A stretch of 64,000 bases of DNA from Clostridia bacterium (GCA_900752335.1 CAADUZ010000024.1:2200-66199), one strand, 5' to 3'. Numbered from the stretch's first letter, positions 1 to 10,434 are shown. Numbers and translations are program-made. The notes: generated by a model not told the origin, from the sequence alone.

Positions 1-569
1 TTACTATTATTTATAGAAATAATATGGTCTACTACTTTGTCTAAAAAATTTCTATCATGAGATACTACTATAAATCCTTTCTTGTTTTCTAAATACTTAA
101 TTAAATTATTTCTTGTTTCTATATCTAAATGATTTGTTGGCTCGTCTATAAGTAAAAAATTATTACCTTTCAAAAATAAACTTATTAAAAGTATTTTCAC
201 TTGTTCGCCGCCACTTAATAAATTAAAATTTCTATAAAGGATTTCTGCATCTGTATTTAGTAAATTTAATTCTTTTATAATTTCCCAGTCTTGAACATTT
301 GGAGCGATATCATTTACTATCTCTATTGCCATTCTTTCTTTTTTCGTTACTTCAAAAGGGAAGTAGTCAAATTTTACATTTTTAGATATTGTTCCTTCGT
401 ATTCATATTTTCCTTGTAATAATTTTAAGAATGTAGTTTTTCCTTTTCCATTTCTCCCTATTAAACCTAATCTCCAATCAGTGTCTATATTAAATGTTAC
501 ATTTTCAAATATATTGTTATAGCTTCCTTCATAACCAAATGTTAAATTGTTTACACTTATTAGTGACAT
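1..569 (-). CDS. ABC-F family ATP-binding protein, N-terminal NBD; 3' end runs off the window
   Basis: Minus-strand translation from ATG at 569 (RBS AGGAG upstream): Walker A GRNGKGKTT, signature LSGGE, Walker B LLIDEPTNHLD and the ABC-F hallmark VSHDRNFLD. No stop before position 1. Not in the ORF track. Confidence 0.75.
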   Translation of the reverse strand, partial: MSLISVNNLTFGYEGSYNNIFENVTFNIDTDWRLGLIGRNGKGKTTFLKLLQGKYEYEGTISKNVKFDYFPFEVTKKERMAIEIVNDIAPNVQDWEIIKELNLLNTDAEILYRNFNLLSGGEQVKILLISLFLKGNNFLLIDEPTNHLDIETRNNLIKYLENKKGFIVVSHDRNFLDKVVDHIISINNS

Positions 570-590
570 TACTCCTCCTATTACTTTACT

Positions 591-1037
591 CTATTTTTCC
601 AATTTCATATACAATACTGGATATGGGTTTCCTTGATCATCTAGTTCATTTCTTTGATAAACTTTAAACCCCATATGTTCGTAGAATCCTTTTGCCATTG
701 GATTTTGTTCATTTACTGCTAGTTCATTAATATTATAATTTTCTATTCCATAAGTCAATAATTGTTTTCCGATTCCTTTTCCTCTTTCACTATTTTTAAT
801 AAATAGCATTTCAAGCTTATTATTTTCTATCCCCATAAATGCAATGGGCTTATGGTTTTCATTTTCCATGATTACTAAATGTGCTATACTTTTTAACGCT
901 TGTGGCACATATTCTTTTATATTTTCTATTTCTTTATTTGATAAAAATGTGTGTGTTGCTTTTACTGAATCTTCCCATACTTCTAATAGCTCATTAATTA
1001 AGCTTTCTGTTCTTTTATTTACTTCGCTTATTATCAT
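591..1037 (-). CDS. GNAT family N-acetyltransferase
   Basis: 148 aa; motif QNPMAKGFYEHMGFKV is typical of the GNAT acetyl-CoA binding fold. Confidence 0.7.
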   Translation of the reverse strand: MIISEVNKRTESLINELLEVWEDSVKATHTFLSNKEIENIKEYVPQALKSIAHLVIMENENHKPIAFMGIENNKLEMLFIKNSERGKGIGKQLLTYGIENYNINELAVNEQNPMAKGFYEHMGFKVYQRNELDDQGNPYPVLYMKLEK

Positions 1038-1056
1038 TTTTTCTCCTTTTATAATA

Positions 1057-1722
1057 TTACACTACTTCTCTTATGGAAGTTGACTCTACCTTACCGTTTT
1101 CGTCAAAGTCTATTGAAAAACTATAATAATGTTTCGTTGTAAAAATATTCTGCTCGCCCCAGATAATTCCTTCATATACTATTCCTGCATCATACGAATA
1201 GTGAAAAGTCTTATCCTTATATTCCGTTATATCGCTTGGCTCTCCTAATAGTGCAACCACTTTTTCACTTGATAGGCCTATTAAGTTATTATCTATATTA
1301 TACTGTTGCATTTTTAGATACAATGCGTCAGGATTTTGACGTTCTTTAAATAAAAAATTTCCTAAAAAAGCTATTAGCAAAACAATAATAATTGCTAATA
1401 CTATCATTAAAATTATAAATTTTTTGCTTTTTCTCATGCCTATATAAATTGCAATATACAAGCACATTATTATAATACTATAATAATAGATTTGATAAAG
1501 CAAGAGCCTAATGCATGTGTTAAAGAATTCATATGACGTGTCCGAAACAACTACACCCATCATTTGTAATGGAATTGTTATCAAACTACAGCCTGCAATT
1601 ATTCCTATTAACGAATATGCAATATCTTTGCCACCTTTTAAATTTTTTCTTAAATTATATATCCATATGCAAAATATTGATGGTATTGCCAAAACTATTA
1701 GCACGTATAAATTCCAACTCAT
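1057..1722 (-). CDS. hypothetical membrane protein
   Basis: 221 aa with several hydrophobic helices; no recognisable motif. Confidence 0.4.
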   Translation of the reverse strand: MSWNLYVLIVLAIPSIFCIWIYNLRKNLKGGKDIAYSLIGIIAGCSLITIPLQMMGVVVSDTSYEFFNTCIRLLLYQIYYYSIIIMCLYIAIYIGMRKSKKFIILMIVLAIIIVLLIAFLGNFLFKERQNPDALYLKMQQYNIDNNLIGLSSEKVVALLGEPSDITEYKDKTFHYSYDAGIVYEGIIWGEQNIFTTKHYYSFSIDFDENGKVESTSIREVV

Positions 1723-1827
1723 TTTATATCACCTATTATATTATATCAAAAAACATGTCATAAGTATATAAAAATTGTTGCTTTTCTCCTTTTATTAGTA
1801 TATTATGTATGTGTGAGGTGAATTTTT

Positions 1828-2809
1828 ATGATTAATTCAGATTTAAATCCTGAATACGTAAATGATTTTTTGGATTACTCTGCAGTTTCATTAAATAAAT
1901 CTGCTAATTCTGTTAAAGAATATAATTATGATTTAAGTATCTTTTTAAAATATATGAAAATTGAAATGAGATTAACCAAAGAAACTGACTTTGACAAAAT
2001 ATATATTAGAGATTTTTCTTTAGATGATTTGAGGAAAATAACTACTAGAGATATAAATGCTTTTCTTTCATATCTTGCATTAAACAAACGGTAGCAAGCC
2101 TGCCACAAGAGCTAGAAAAATATCTACTATACGAATATTTTTTGCATATTTGTATGACCAAAAAATAATAAATGAAAACCCTGCTATAGGTATAAAAACA
2201 CCTAAACTTGAAAAACGTATGCCAAAATATTTGTCATTGGACGACAGTAAAAGGCTATTAAGTGTAACTTTAGACGACAATGATGAGAATAAAGAAAGAG
2301 ATTATGCTATTATTACCCTATTTCTTAATTGTGGATTACGTTTATCGGAATTAGTTGGAATTAATATTTCAAATATCGATTTTAGTGAATATAAACTAAC
2401 AGTTATAGGAAAAGGCAATAAAGAACGTACCATTTACCTTAATGAAGCCTGTATTGAGGCGATTCAAGAATATATTAAGGTTCGTCCAAAAGAAGGCGTA
2501 AAAAAGGATTCTAAAGGTTCTGACAAGGCTTTGTTTTTAAGTAAAAGAAATGAAAGAATTAGTAATCGTACTGTACAATATATTGTAAAAAGAGAATTAC
2601 AAAAAGCAGGACTAGATACGTCTAAATATTCAACACACAAATTAAGACATACTGCTGCTACTTTAATGTATCAATACGGACATGTAGACATACGAGCATT
2701 GCAAGAACTTCTTGGCCATGAAAGTATTGCTACTACAGAAATATATACTCACGTAAGCAATGAACAAGTGAGAAATGCTGTAGAGAGTAATCCTTTAAAT
2801 CATAAATAG
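1828..2809 (+). pseudogene. tyrosine site-specific recombinase (XerC/XerD family), split by a frameshift near 2083-2092
   Basis: ORF 1828-2094 carries the N-terminal core-binding part. Reading upstream from ORF 2150-2809 in its own frame gives NGSKPATRARKISTIRIFFAYL, the conserved XerD motif. The C-terminal ORF has HKLRHTAATL...LGHESIATTEIYTHV (R-H-R-Y catalytic residues). Removing one base in aaacaaacgg would fuse the two frames. Confidence 0.7.
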
Positions 2810-2867
2810 TTATAAATTAATACCAGCACTTTGCTTTACATAACAACATATTATATATAAATATGTT

Positions 2868-3471
2868 ATGAAAGGAAGTGTTGTTTTATTGAATTTGGAA
2901 AATAAAAAAATCGGATTTGCTTTTACTGGCTCTTTTTGTACATTTAAAGCCGTAATCGAAGAATTAAAAAAACTAAAAAAAGAAAAGGCAGATATTCTCC
3001 CTATCATGTCTTTTAATTCATATAATTTAGATACTAAATTTGGAACAGCTAGTGAATATATAAATGAAATAAAAGAAATTACCGAAAAAAGTGAAATAAT
3101 TCATACAATTCAAGGTGCAGAACCAATCGGACCTAAAAAACTAACAGATATAATGGTAATAGCTCCATGTTCTCGGAAATACTCTTGCCAAACTTGCTAA
3201 TGGAATAACAGATACACCAGTACTTATGGCTGCAAAATCTCATTTGAGAAATAACAACCCTATAGTTATTGCTATATCTACAAATGATGGACTATCTGGC
3301 AGTGCAGAAAACATTGGCAAGTTATTAAATAGAAATAATTATTTTTTTGTGCCATTTAAACAGGATAACCCAATAACCAAGCCACGTTCATTAGTAGCTG
3401 ATTTTAAATATTTAATTCCTACTATAGAAAAAGCGTTAGAAAAAGAACAAATAGAACCAATACTTTTGTGA
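2868..3471 (+). pseudogene. dpaB: dipicolinate synthase subunit B (DpaB/SpoVFB flavoprotein), frameshifted near 3171-3177
   Basis: ORF1 has GFAFTGSFCTF and ends IAPCSRKYSCQTC*. The +1 frame reads NTLAKLANGITDTPVLMAAKSHLRN, which continues into ORF2 (ISTNDGLSG...). Overall architecture matches B. subtilis SpoVFB. One extra base (tctCgga) breaks the frame. Confidence 0.7.
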
Positions 3472-3515
3472 ATGTAAGTGCTGTAAGAGATAACAAGAAG
3501 TTTTAAATAAAATAT

Positions 3516-3665
3516 TAATAATAATGTATGTTTTGCATTTTTATTTGAGTGCTTAAGGTGGGGACCAACAAGTTTACAAACTGTTAAACGAAACATAAGT
3601 TTAGTTTATACAGTTTGTACGTAGTTGGGGGCCGAAAATACAAATGCAAACATACATTATTATGT
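3516..3665. repeat. nested palindromic element between convergent dpaB and pbp genes
   Basis: Outer inverted repeat taataatgtatgttttgcattt / aaatgcaaacatacattatta. Inner imperfect inverted repeat ccaacaagtttacaaactgt / acagtttgtacgtagttgg, both with G-rich shoulders. Confidence 0.5.
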
Positions 3666-3704
3666 TCTTAATACTTTATTTAAAAGCTGGTTATTGCAAC
3701 TTTC

Positions 3705-5561
3705 TTATTTCAAATAATCTTCTATTATATTCTTCGTTATTGGTAGTAAATAATGGCTTCCTCCTCTATTTTCTACATTTTCTATCATATTAATCATTAA
3801 TAGCTGCTTATCTGCTTTGTCGCTTACTACAAATGAGTTAAACCAGCCTAGCTCTTCCCCACTTTCTTCTTGCGATGCTTTTAGTTCTGCCGTTCCTGTT
3901 TTCCCTGCAAGTGTTATGCCATCTATTTCTGCTTCATGTCCTGTTCCATTTGGGTTTTCCACTACTTGTATTAAGTCGTCTTTTATTTCTTCTGCAGCTT
4001 CTTTTGTAAATGCATTTTCTATCCAATATTCTGGATTTGTTTTTTTAGTTGAAGAATATTCTATGTATGGCTTTATCATGTTTCCTTCATTTACAAATGC
4101 TGAATATATTGATGCTACATGCAATGGATTTACCAGTATTTTTCCTTGTCCATATCCAGAATCTGCAAGTCCTATTTCTGAAGTGAATTTATTATCTTCT
4201 GCAAATTGTGAAGTAGACATTCCTATTGGAAATTCTAATTCTTTATCAAATCCTATTTTTAATAATTGCTCTGCAAATTTTTCTGAACCTATTTTTATTG
4301 CTGCTTTTGCAAAATATACATTGTCTGAATATATTAATGCATTTCTTAAGTTAGCATTTCCTCCATATGTTGTTAATGTTGTAACTTTGTAATCTCCCCA
4401 GCTTTCGTCTTTTTGCCAACTTAATGTACTGCTTCCAAAACTCTCTGTGGCTGTAAAACTATCTGTTGTGAGTCCTATTGCTCCTGTAATTGGCTTAAAT
4501 GAAGAACCTGGTACCCATGTGCTTTCATACCTAGCAAACATTGGTGTATTCTTATCTGAACTTAATTTCTGCCATTCTTCATCTGTAAAACCTTGTATGA
4601 ATTTGTTTGAGTCAAAACTTGGTGTGCTTACCATAGCTAGCACTTCTCCTGTTTTTGGATTCATTGCTACTGAAAAGCCGTTATCCCCATCAAATTCTTC
4701 ATATATCTTGCTTTGCAAGTCTATGTCTATTGTTGTTTTAATATCTTCCCCATCTTCCATATCTGTTTCTGCTATTGTTGCTAATACTGCTTCATTCGCA
4801 TCAACCATATAGATTCCAGTTCCATTTTTTCCTCTTAATCTATCTTCAAATGCTAGTTCTAAACCATTTTTTCCGATTAAACTACTTGCTGTGTAGCCTT
4901 CTCCCTTATGAGCCTCTAGCTCCTCTTCGCTTATACCACGAATATATCCAACAAGGTGAGCTGCAATTTCTCCATATGGATATTCTCTTTCTCCATTTTC
5001 ATTATTTGTAGCAAGCACTTTTCCATTTCTATCTAGTATATCTCCTCTTGAACCAGAATTTGAGTATACCCTTATTTTATAGCTTTCTTCAAGTTCAGGA
5101 AATATTAAGTTAGAATACCAGTTTAAATAATATTTGTTATCGTCTTGTCTATCAAATGTTGCGGTATTTGAAAAATTTATCGTTCCTGCTAATGTGTCAA
5201 ATGTCATATCGTAATTTACACTTTTATTCTCTTCGTCATATACCAAATTAGATATTTCTATATTTGTAGCTTCTATTCCCTCATATATATTTTGATTTCT
5301 TGATAAAAATGTTTCTTTATCAACACGTTCTTTTGTTGAATCTGATAATAGCAGATACATGCCTTCATAGTCTTGATTTTTTAAACATTCTATATATGCG
5401 TTTAGAACTTCATCTGGCTTGTTTTTATCCATGTTTGATATTATATACCATGCTGTAAAACCTGCTATTAATAGTAGAACTATGACTGTAATTATGATTA
5501 CGGTCTTTTTACTAACTTTCTTTGTTCCTACTACTTCTTCTTTGCTTGTTTCTTCTTCCAT
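3705..5561 (-). CDS. class B penicillin-binding protein (transpeptidase) with NTF2-like/MecA-type N-terminal domain
   Basis: 618 aa; N-terminal TM segment; SxxK (PGSSFKP), SDN (IYSDNVYF) and KTG (GKTGTAEL) motifs. Confidence 0.85.
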   Translation of the reverse strand: MEEETSKEEVVGTKKVSKKTVIIITVIVLLLIAGFTAWYIISNMDKNKPDEVLNAYIECLKNQDYEGMYLLLSDSTKERVDKETFLSRNQNIYEGIEATNIEISNLVYDEENKSVNYDMTFDTLAGTINFSNTATFDRQDDNKYYLNWYSNLIFPELEESYKIRVYSNSGSRGDILDRNGKVLATNNENGEREYPYGEIAAHLVGYIRGISEEELEAHKGEGYTASSLIGKNGLELAFEDRLRGKNGTGIYMVDANEAVLATIAETDMEDGEDIKTTIDIDLQSKIYEEFDGDNGFSVAMNPKTGEVLAMVSTPSFDSNKFIQGFTDEEWQKLSSDKNTPMFARYESTWVPGSSFKPITGAIGLTTDSFTATESFGSSTLSWQKDESWGDYKVTTLTTYGGNANLRNALIYSDNVYFAKAAIKIGSEKFAEQLLKIGFDKELEFPIGMSTSQFAEDNKFTSEIGLADSGYGQGKILVNPLHVASIYSAFVNEGNMIKPYIEYSSTKKTNPEYWIENAFTKEAAEEIKDDLIQVVENPNGTGHEAEIDGITLAGKTGTAELKASQEESGEELGWFNSFVVSDKADKQLLMINMIENVENRGGSHYLLPITKNIIEDYLK

Positions 5562-5584
5562 AAAATCCCCCCTTGTATTATTTT

Positions 5585-6637
5585 TTAATCAAAAATGCTG
5601 TTTATTTTGTTGTTTAAGTAATTAATTTTTTCATTTAATTTCGTTATTCCTTTGTTTATTATTGGCACTTTCTTAAGTAGTGCATATCCTCCCCTTCTTA
5701 ACAAGTCTATTGCTAGGCAAATTAAGAATACTAATACTATTAATCCTAATAAATATGGTACGAAATACCATGTGTTTAAATGGTCACGTGCGCCTAATGC
5801 AACCCATATATAATCTCTTATGTGAATATTAATATGTATTATGTATATAGAGAAGACAGATGGTGATACTAAAGTAATTATTTTATTTAATGTTTTAGAG
5901 TTTATCTTTATTGTTAAGAATTTTAAAAATATAAATATAGTCATTGCTACTATTATTATACAACTAAATTCTCTAAAAGCTGATAAAAAATATATTATGC
6001 TTGTATATAATGCTGGAATAATATTTGCTAATACTGATAATGTCATAAATATTAAAGTGAATATAACCGCAAGTAAAATATATTTCACAAAGTAAAATTG
6101 TTTCTTTTTTGGTTGTATAAATTTTTTAATATATCCACCTATAAAGTATAGCATCATTACTTGAAGCATTGCTCCTGATAATATTCCTGCTTTGTTAAAT
6201 ATAACATTTACCACGCCTAACAGAACAACCATAATTACTATTAAATATTTATACTGTTTTTGAGTTAATTTATTTGCTAATATATTTAGTATTGGTGATA
6301 TCAAATATAATGCTATATATGCACTTATAAACCAATATTGCCCTGTAAATATTGGTAAAAATGATTCATAAGCAAATGCTCGCATTCCAAAAATAAATTT
6401 GCACACTACATACATTAGTATTGAATAGAATAACACTTTTCCCCATAAGCAAAATATTTTCTTTATGTTCATTTTCTTTTCAATCATGTAATACCCAGAT
6501 ATAATAAGAAATGTGCCATTTGCTACTTGTGAAAGAGTATCTATAAATCTTAACAAAACAGTATTGTACATACTTAAATTAGCATCTTTAAATAGTAATG
6601 CATTATTAATAGCATGTAGTGAAATTACCATAAGCAT
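5585..6637 (-). CDS. acyltransferase family 3 (OatA-like) membrane protein
   Basis: 350 aa, about 10 TM helices. The frame is open upstream of the annotated Met (…NRNTSIELLRIIAMLMVISLHA fits the LDxLRGIA…H N-terminus of this family) but has no ATG there. A 27-aa ATG-initiated ORF in another frame (6690-6773) lies directly upstream, so the start is uncertain or frameshifted. Confidence 0.6.
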   Translation of the reverse strand: MLMVISLHAINNALLFKDANLSMYNTVLLRFIDTLSQVANGTFLIISGYYMIEKKMNIKKIFCLWGKVLFYSILMYVVCKFIFGMRAFAYESFLPIFTGQYWFISAYIALYLISPILNILANKLTQKQYKYLIVIMVVLLGVVNVIFNKAGILSGAMLQVMMLYFIGGYIKKFIQPKKKQFYFVKYILLAVIFTLIFMTLSVLANIIPALYTSIIYFLSAFREFSCIIIVAMTIFIFLKFLTIKINSKTLNKIITLVSPSVFSIYIIHINIHIRDYIWVALGARDHLNTWYFVPYLLGLIVLVFLICLAIDLLRRGGYALLKKVPIINKGITKLNEKINYLNNKINSIFD

Positions 6638-6886
6638 GGCTATAATTCTTAATAATTCAATACTCGTATTTCGATTAGTATTTTTATTATTAACAGTTCC
6701 GATTATTTTGTTCGTGTTGTGCGCTTTGGTTAAATTGTAGCTCTCTCTTACAGTCGCAAGCGTTTTCTACCATTTTAAATCTCCTTTTGCTTTTATTTAT
6801 ACGTATTTCTTTATTTTAAAATAAGCATTAAATAGCCTACTTATTTTATCTTATCGTACTATTTAATGCTTAAAACTATTTATACT

Positions 6887-8077
6887 CTATTTTACTAATT
6901 CCATTGTTTCTCTTGCTATCATAAGTTCCTCATTTGTTGGAACTACATATACTTTTACTTTAGAATCAGGTGTAGAAATTTCTACTTCTTTTCCTCTGCA
7001 ATTATTCTTCTCTTCATCTATTTTTACACCTAAATATCCTAAATAATCACATATTTCTTTTCTTACGTCTATGCCATTTTCTCCTATTCCAGCTTCAAAT
7101 GTTATAACGTCAACGCCTTTCATTTGTGCTGCAAATCTTCCTATATATCCCACTACTTGATATACAAAGTTGTCTATAGCAAGCTGTGCTCTTTTATTTC
7201 CTTCTTTTGCTGCTGCTTCAATATCTCTATCGTCGATGCTTACACCAGAAAGTCCTAATTTTCCAGACTTTTTGTTAAGTACAGTGTTCATTTCTGAAGG
7301 TGATATTTTTTCTTTATCCATCAAATATGTTAAAACAGATGGATCTACGTCGCCAGACCTTGAACCCATAGGAACTCCTGCAAGTGGTGTTAATCCCATA
7401 GAAGTATCTATAGATTTTCCACCATCTACAGCACAAAGACTAGCACCTTGTCCTAAATGGCAAGAAATTATTTTTAAATCTTCTATTGGTTTTCCCATTA
7501 TTTCTGCTACTCTGTTTGCAACAAATTTGTGAGAAGTACCATGTGCACCATATTTACGAATTTTGTATTTTTCATAATACTCGTAAGGTATTGCATACAT
7601 ATATGCCTTTTCTGGCATTGTTTGATGGAATGCTGTATCAAATACTGCAACATTTGGCTTTCCTGGTAATTTTTCCATACAAGCTGTAATACCTTGTAAA
7701 TGTGCTGGGTTATGTAAAGGTGCAAATTCTATTGCTTCTTCTATTCCTTTTACAACCTCATCGTTTATTAACACAGATTTTGTGAACTTTTCTCCACCAT
7801 GTACAATTCTATGTCCTATTGCATCTATTTCAGATAAGTCTTTTATAACACCATAATCCTTGTGTAGTAATTGTTCAATTACAAGTTCTAAACCATCTTT
7901 ATGATTTTTAATTTCTTTTTCTATTTTGTATTTCTCTTCTCCTACTCTATGTGTTAAGAAAGAACCATCTATTCCTATTCTTTCTAAATATCCTTTTGCC
8001 ATTACTTCTTCTGTTTCCATATCAATTAATTGATATTTTAAAGATGAACTTCCACAGTTTACAACTAAAACTTTCAT
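6887..8077 (-). CDS. ackA: acetate kinase
   Basis: 396 aa; starts MKVLVVNCGSSSLKYQL, the canonical AckA N-terminus. Confidence 0.95.
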   Translation of the reverse strand: MKVLVVNCGSSSLKYQLIDMETEEVMAKGYLERIGIDGSFLTHRVGEEKYKIEKEIKNHKDGLELVIEQLLHKDYGVIKDLSEIDAIGHRIVHGGEKFTKSVLINDEVVKGIEEAIEFAPLHNPAHLQGITACMEKLPGKPNVAVFDTAFHQTMPEKAYMYAIPYEYYEKYKIRKYGAHGTSHKFVANRVAEIMGKPIEDLKIISCHLGQGASLCAVDGGKSIDTSMGLTPLAGVPMGSRSGDVDPSVLTYLMDKEKISPSEMNTVLNKKSGKLGLSGVSIDDRDIEAAAKEGNKRAQLAIDNFVYQVVGYIGRFAAQMKGVDVITFEAGIGENGIDVRKEICDYLGYLGVKIDEEKNNCRGKEVEISTPDSKVKVYVVPTNEELMIARETMELVK

Positions 8078-8152
8078 TAAAAAACCTCCTATAAGTATTA
8101 ATTATTTATTAAAAATTTATATCGTTAAATTTTTAAAGCTATTTAAATATTT

Positions 8153-9178
8153 TTACATAGTTCCAGCTTGTACAGCTGTAATCGCTACAACGCCAACTAT
8201 ATCGTCGCTATTGCAGCCTCTTGATAAATCATTTACAGGTCTTGCAATACCTTGGCAAAGTGGTCCATATGCTTCTGCTTTTGCTAGTCTTTGAACTAGT
8301 TTATATCCAATATTTCCCGCATCTAAATTTGGAAATATTAAAGTATTTGCTTCTCCTTTTAGTGGGCTTCCTGGTGCCTTACTTGCATTTATTTCTGGTA
8401 CTATTGCTGCATCTAATTGTAGCTCTCCGTCACAAATTAGATCTGGCATTTTTTCTTTTAATAATTTAGTAGCCTCTATTACTTTTTCTGTTAATTCTGA
8501 ATGTGCACTTCCATAAGTAGAATATGAAAGCATTGCTACTTTTGATTCTTTTCCTGTTAATTGTTTAAAGCTTTTGCTTGAAGATATAGCTATCTCTGAT
8601 AATTCGTCTGCTGTTGGGTTTTCTACTAAACCACTATCTCCAAATATGAATACACCATTTTCTCCATATTTGCAATCTGGAACTACCATTAAGAAAAATG
8701 CTGATACAAGTTTTGTTCCTGGCGCTGTTTTTAATATTTGAAGTGCAGGTCTTAATGTATTTGCTGTAGAATGGCAAGCACCTGATACTAAACCATCTGC
8801 ATGTCCTAATTTTACCATCATTGTACCAAAATACATGTTATCTTTTAGCATTTCTCTTGCTTTTTCTTCTGTCATACCCTTTGCTTTTCTTAACTCATAA
8901 AAAGCATTTACATATTCTTCATATCTCTCTGAAGTTTCTGGATTTATAACTGGTATTCCTGAAATATCTATATTATTTGCTTTTGCTCTCTTTTTTGCAT
9001 CTTCTTCATTTCCTATAAGAATTACGTTTGCGAAACCTTCTTGTTTAACCTTTGCTGCTGCTTCTAATACTCTTATATCTTCGCTTTCTGTTAATATTAT
9101 AGTTTTTATATCTTTTTTTGCTTTATTTTTTATATCGTCTATAAAAGCCATAAAAAATGTACCTCCCTTAAATTTCAA
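8153..9178 (-). CDS. pta: phosphate acetyltransferase
   Basis: Pta-like throughout; sits directly upstream of ackA. The true start is probably the internal Met (MAFIDDIKNKAK, about 9151). Confidence 0.9.
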   Translation of the reverse strand: MKFKGGTFFMAFIDDIKNKAKKDIKTIILTESEDIRVLEAAAKVKQEGFANVILIGNEEDAKKRAKANNIDISGIPVINPETSERYEEYVNAFYELRKAKGMTEEKAREMLKDNMYFGTMMVKLGHADGLVSGACHSTANTLRPALQILKTAPGTKLVSAFFLMVVPDCKYGENGVFIFGDSGLVENPTADELSEIAISSSKSFKQLTGKESKVAMLSYSTYGSAHSELTEKVIEATKLLKEKMPDLICDGELQLDAAIVPEINASKAPGSPLKGEANTLIFPNLDAGNIGYKLVQRLAKAEAYGPLCQGIARPVNDLSRGCNSDDIVGVVAITAVQAGTM

Positions 9179-9237
9179 TGTAACACATATATTATATATG
9201 TTATTTAAGAAAAGTACAAGTATTTTTTAGTTTTTCT

Positions 9238-10041
9238 TTACCATTTAATTTTTGTTTCTTCTACTTTGTTGCCATCTTTATCTTTATATACAGTTGTTGA
9301 TATTCCATAACCTAGGTCATAAGTAGTTGAAGTTCCTACTTTTCTTCCATATTTATCTCTTACTTCTCCTATGCTTGATATTCCTGTATAATCTTTAAGT
9401 GTTCCTCCTATTTGCATAGAAGTAGCCTTATCTCCATTTTTAAAATAGCTTGTTGAAACATCGCCTAATGAAGGTTCATCTTTCTTATTATTACTACTAG
9501 AATAACTTGAACTGCTTGAACTAGTATAGTAATTGCCACTTGTATAAGAACCAGTTCCCGAATAATAGGTATAATAAGATTTCTCTGGTGGCTTTGACAC
9601 TATTATTAATGGAATATTTAATAATAGCACCAAGAATATAGCTGTTCCCACACCAACATTTCCCCATATTGACGCTGCTGTAATAAATACAGCCAAATAG
9701 CAAATCATATAGCATAATCTTGAGTAAAATCTGTCCATGGTCATTTTATATTTTATATTATATTCTTCTCTTAATTTTATATCAGAATTATACATTGAAA
9801 AATCGTCTGATTTATATTTTAATATTTTTGTACTTACTAATAATTTCTGTATTCCAAATATTAAAAATCTAAATGCTATATAATATATAACTATATAAGC
9901 AAAAGAAATCCAATTAGAAAAACCTACCTTTTGTTCTAAAAGGAACAAAGATGGCACTTTAATTAGTCCGAATATAGTTCCTATTAAACATAATATTACT
10001 TTGTTTTTTATATTTTTATTTTCTGTTTTCTTTTTTCCCAT
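9238..10041 (-). CDS. hypothetical membrane protein with Ser-rich linker and C-terminal Y/G/K-rich repeats
   Basis: 267 aa; N-terminal TM helices, poly-Ser tract, repeated YxxGxxK-type C-terminal units. Confidence 0.4.
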   Translation of the reverse strand: MGKKKTENKNIKNKVILCLIGTIFGLIKVPSLFLLEQKVGFSNWISFAYIVIYYIAFRFLIFGIQKLLVSTKILKYKSDDFSMYNSDIKLREEYNIKYKMTMDRFYSRLCYMICYLAVFITAASIWGNVGVGTAIFLVLLLNIPLIIVSKPPEKSYYTYYSGTGSYTSGNYYTSSSSSSYSSSNNKKDEPSLGDVSTSYFKNGDKATSMQIGGTLKDYTGISSIGEVRDKYGRKVGTSTTYDLGYGISTTVYKDKDGNKVEETKIKW

Positions 10042-10110
10042 AAAACACCCCTATAATTTAAAATCTGTTTAAATTATATCAAAGAAATCAAAAATTGTTA
10101 ATATTTATTT

Positions 10111-10434
10111 CTAAAAATTATTATTATTAAAATTATATAACATATTATATGGCAAATTTGAAATAGTTATAAATTTTATCGAATATATATCTGCATATGT
10201 TACCACGTCGCTCTCTAACGCACGTAGTAGTATATAGCTTGCACCAACGTCTATTAGTATTCCTGTTCTATCTACTAAATTATTGGTTCCTATTAAAAAT
10301 TCTACTCTCATAAGTTTTCCTATGTTCTCTCTTAAAAATGCTGGTGTATAGATATTATTTGTAAGAATTTCTGGTGAGTTCTGATTAATATCAACATTTC
10401 TATTTTCTCTAGTATTAATTTTATCATTGTTCAT
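10111..10434 (-). CDS. gerQ: spore coat protein GerQ
   Basis: C-terminal ENIGKLMRVEF...DVGASYILLR...YADIYSIKFITI matches the GerQ (YwdL) domain pattern. Adjacent to cwlJ as in many spore formers. Confidence 0.65.
   Translation of the reverse strand: MNNDKINTRENRNVDINQNSPEILTNNIYTPAFLRENIGKLMRVEFLIGTNNLVDRTGILIDVGASYILLRALESDVVTYADIYSIKFITISNLPYNMLYNFNNNNF

Noticed and set aside
844-1083. Numerous short plus/minus-strand ORFs in the six-frame track overlapping well-supported genes (for example 844-1083, 3817-4392, 17102-18118, 36519-37109, 55184-55687)
   Set aside because: They are antisense or alternate-frame to genes with clear homology, low-complexity (Leu/Phe/Ser/Ile-rich from AT-rich antisense) and lack RBSs, so I treat them as spurious.
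1828-3471. Possibility that the xer-like recombinase marks a mobile element or prophage boundary
   Set aside because: Neighbours are core sporulation and cell-wall genes at native GC. No phage genes, att-like repeats or tRNA target nearby. The tRNA-Leu at 11166 is 8 kb away with core genes between.
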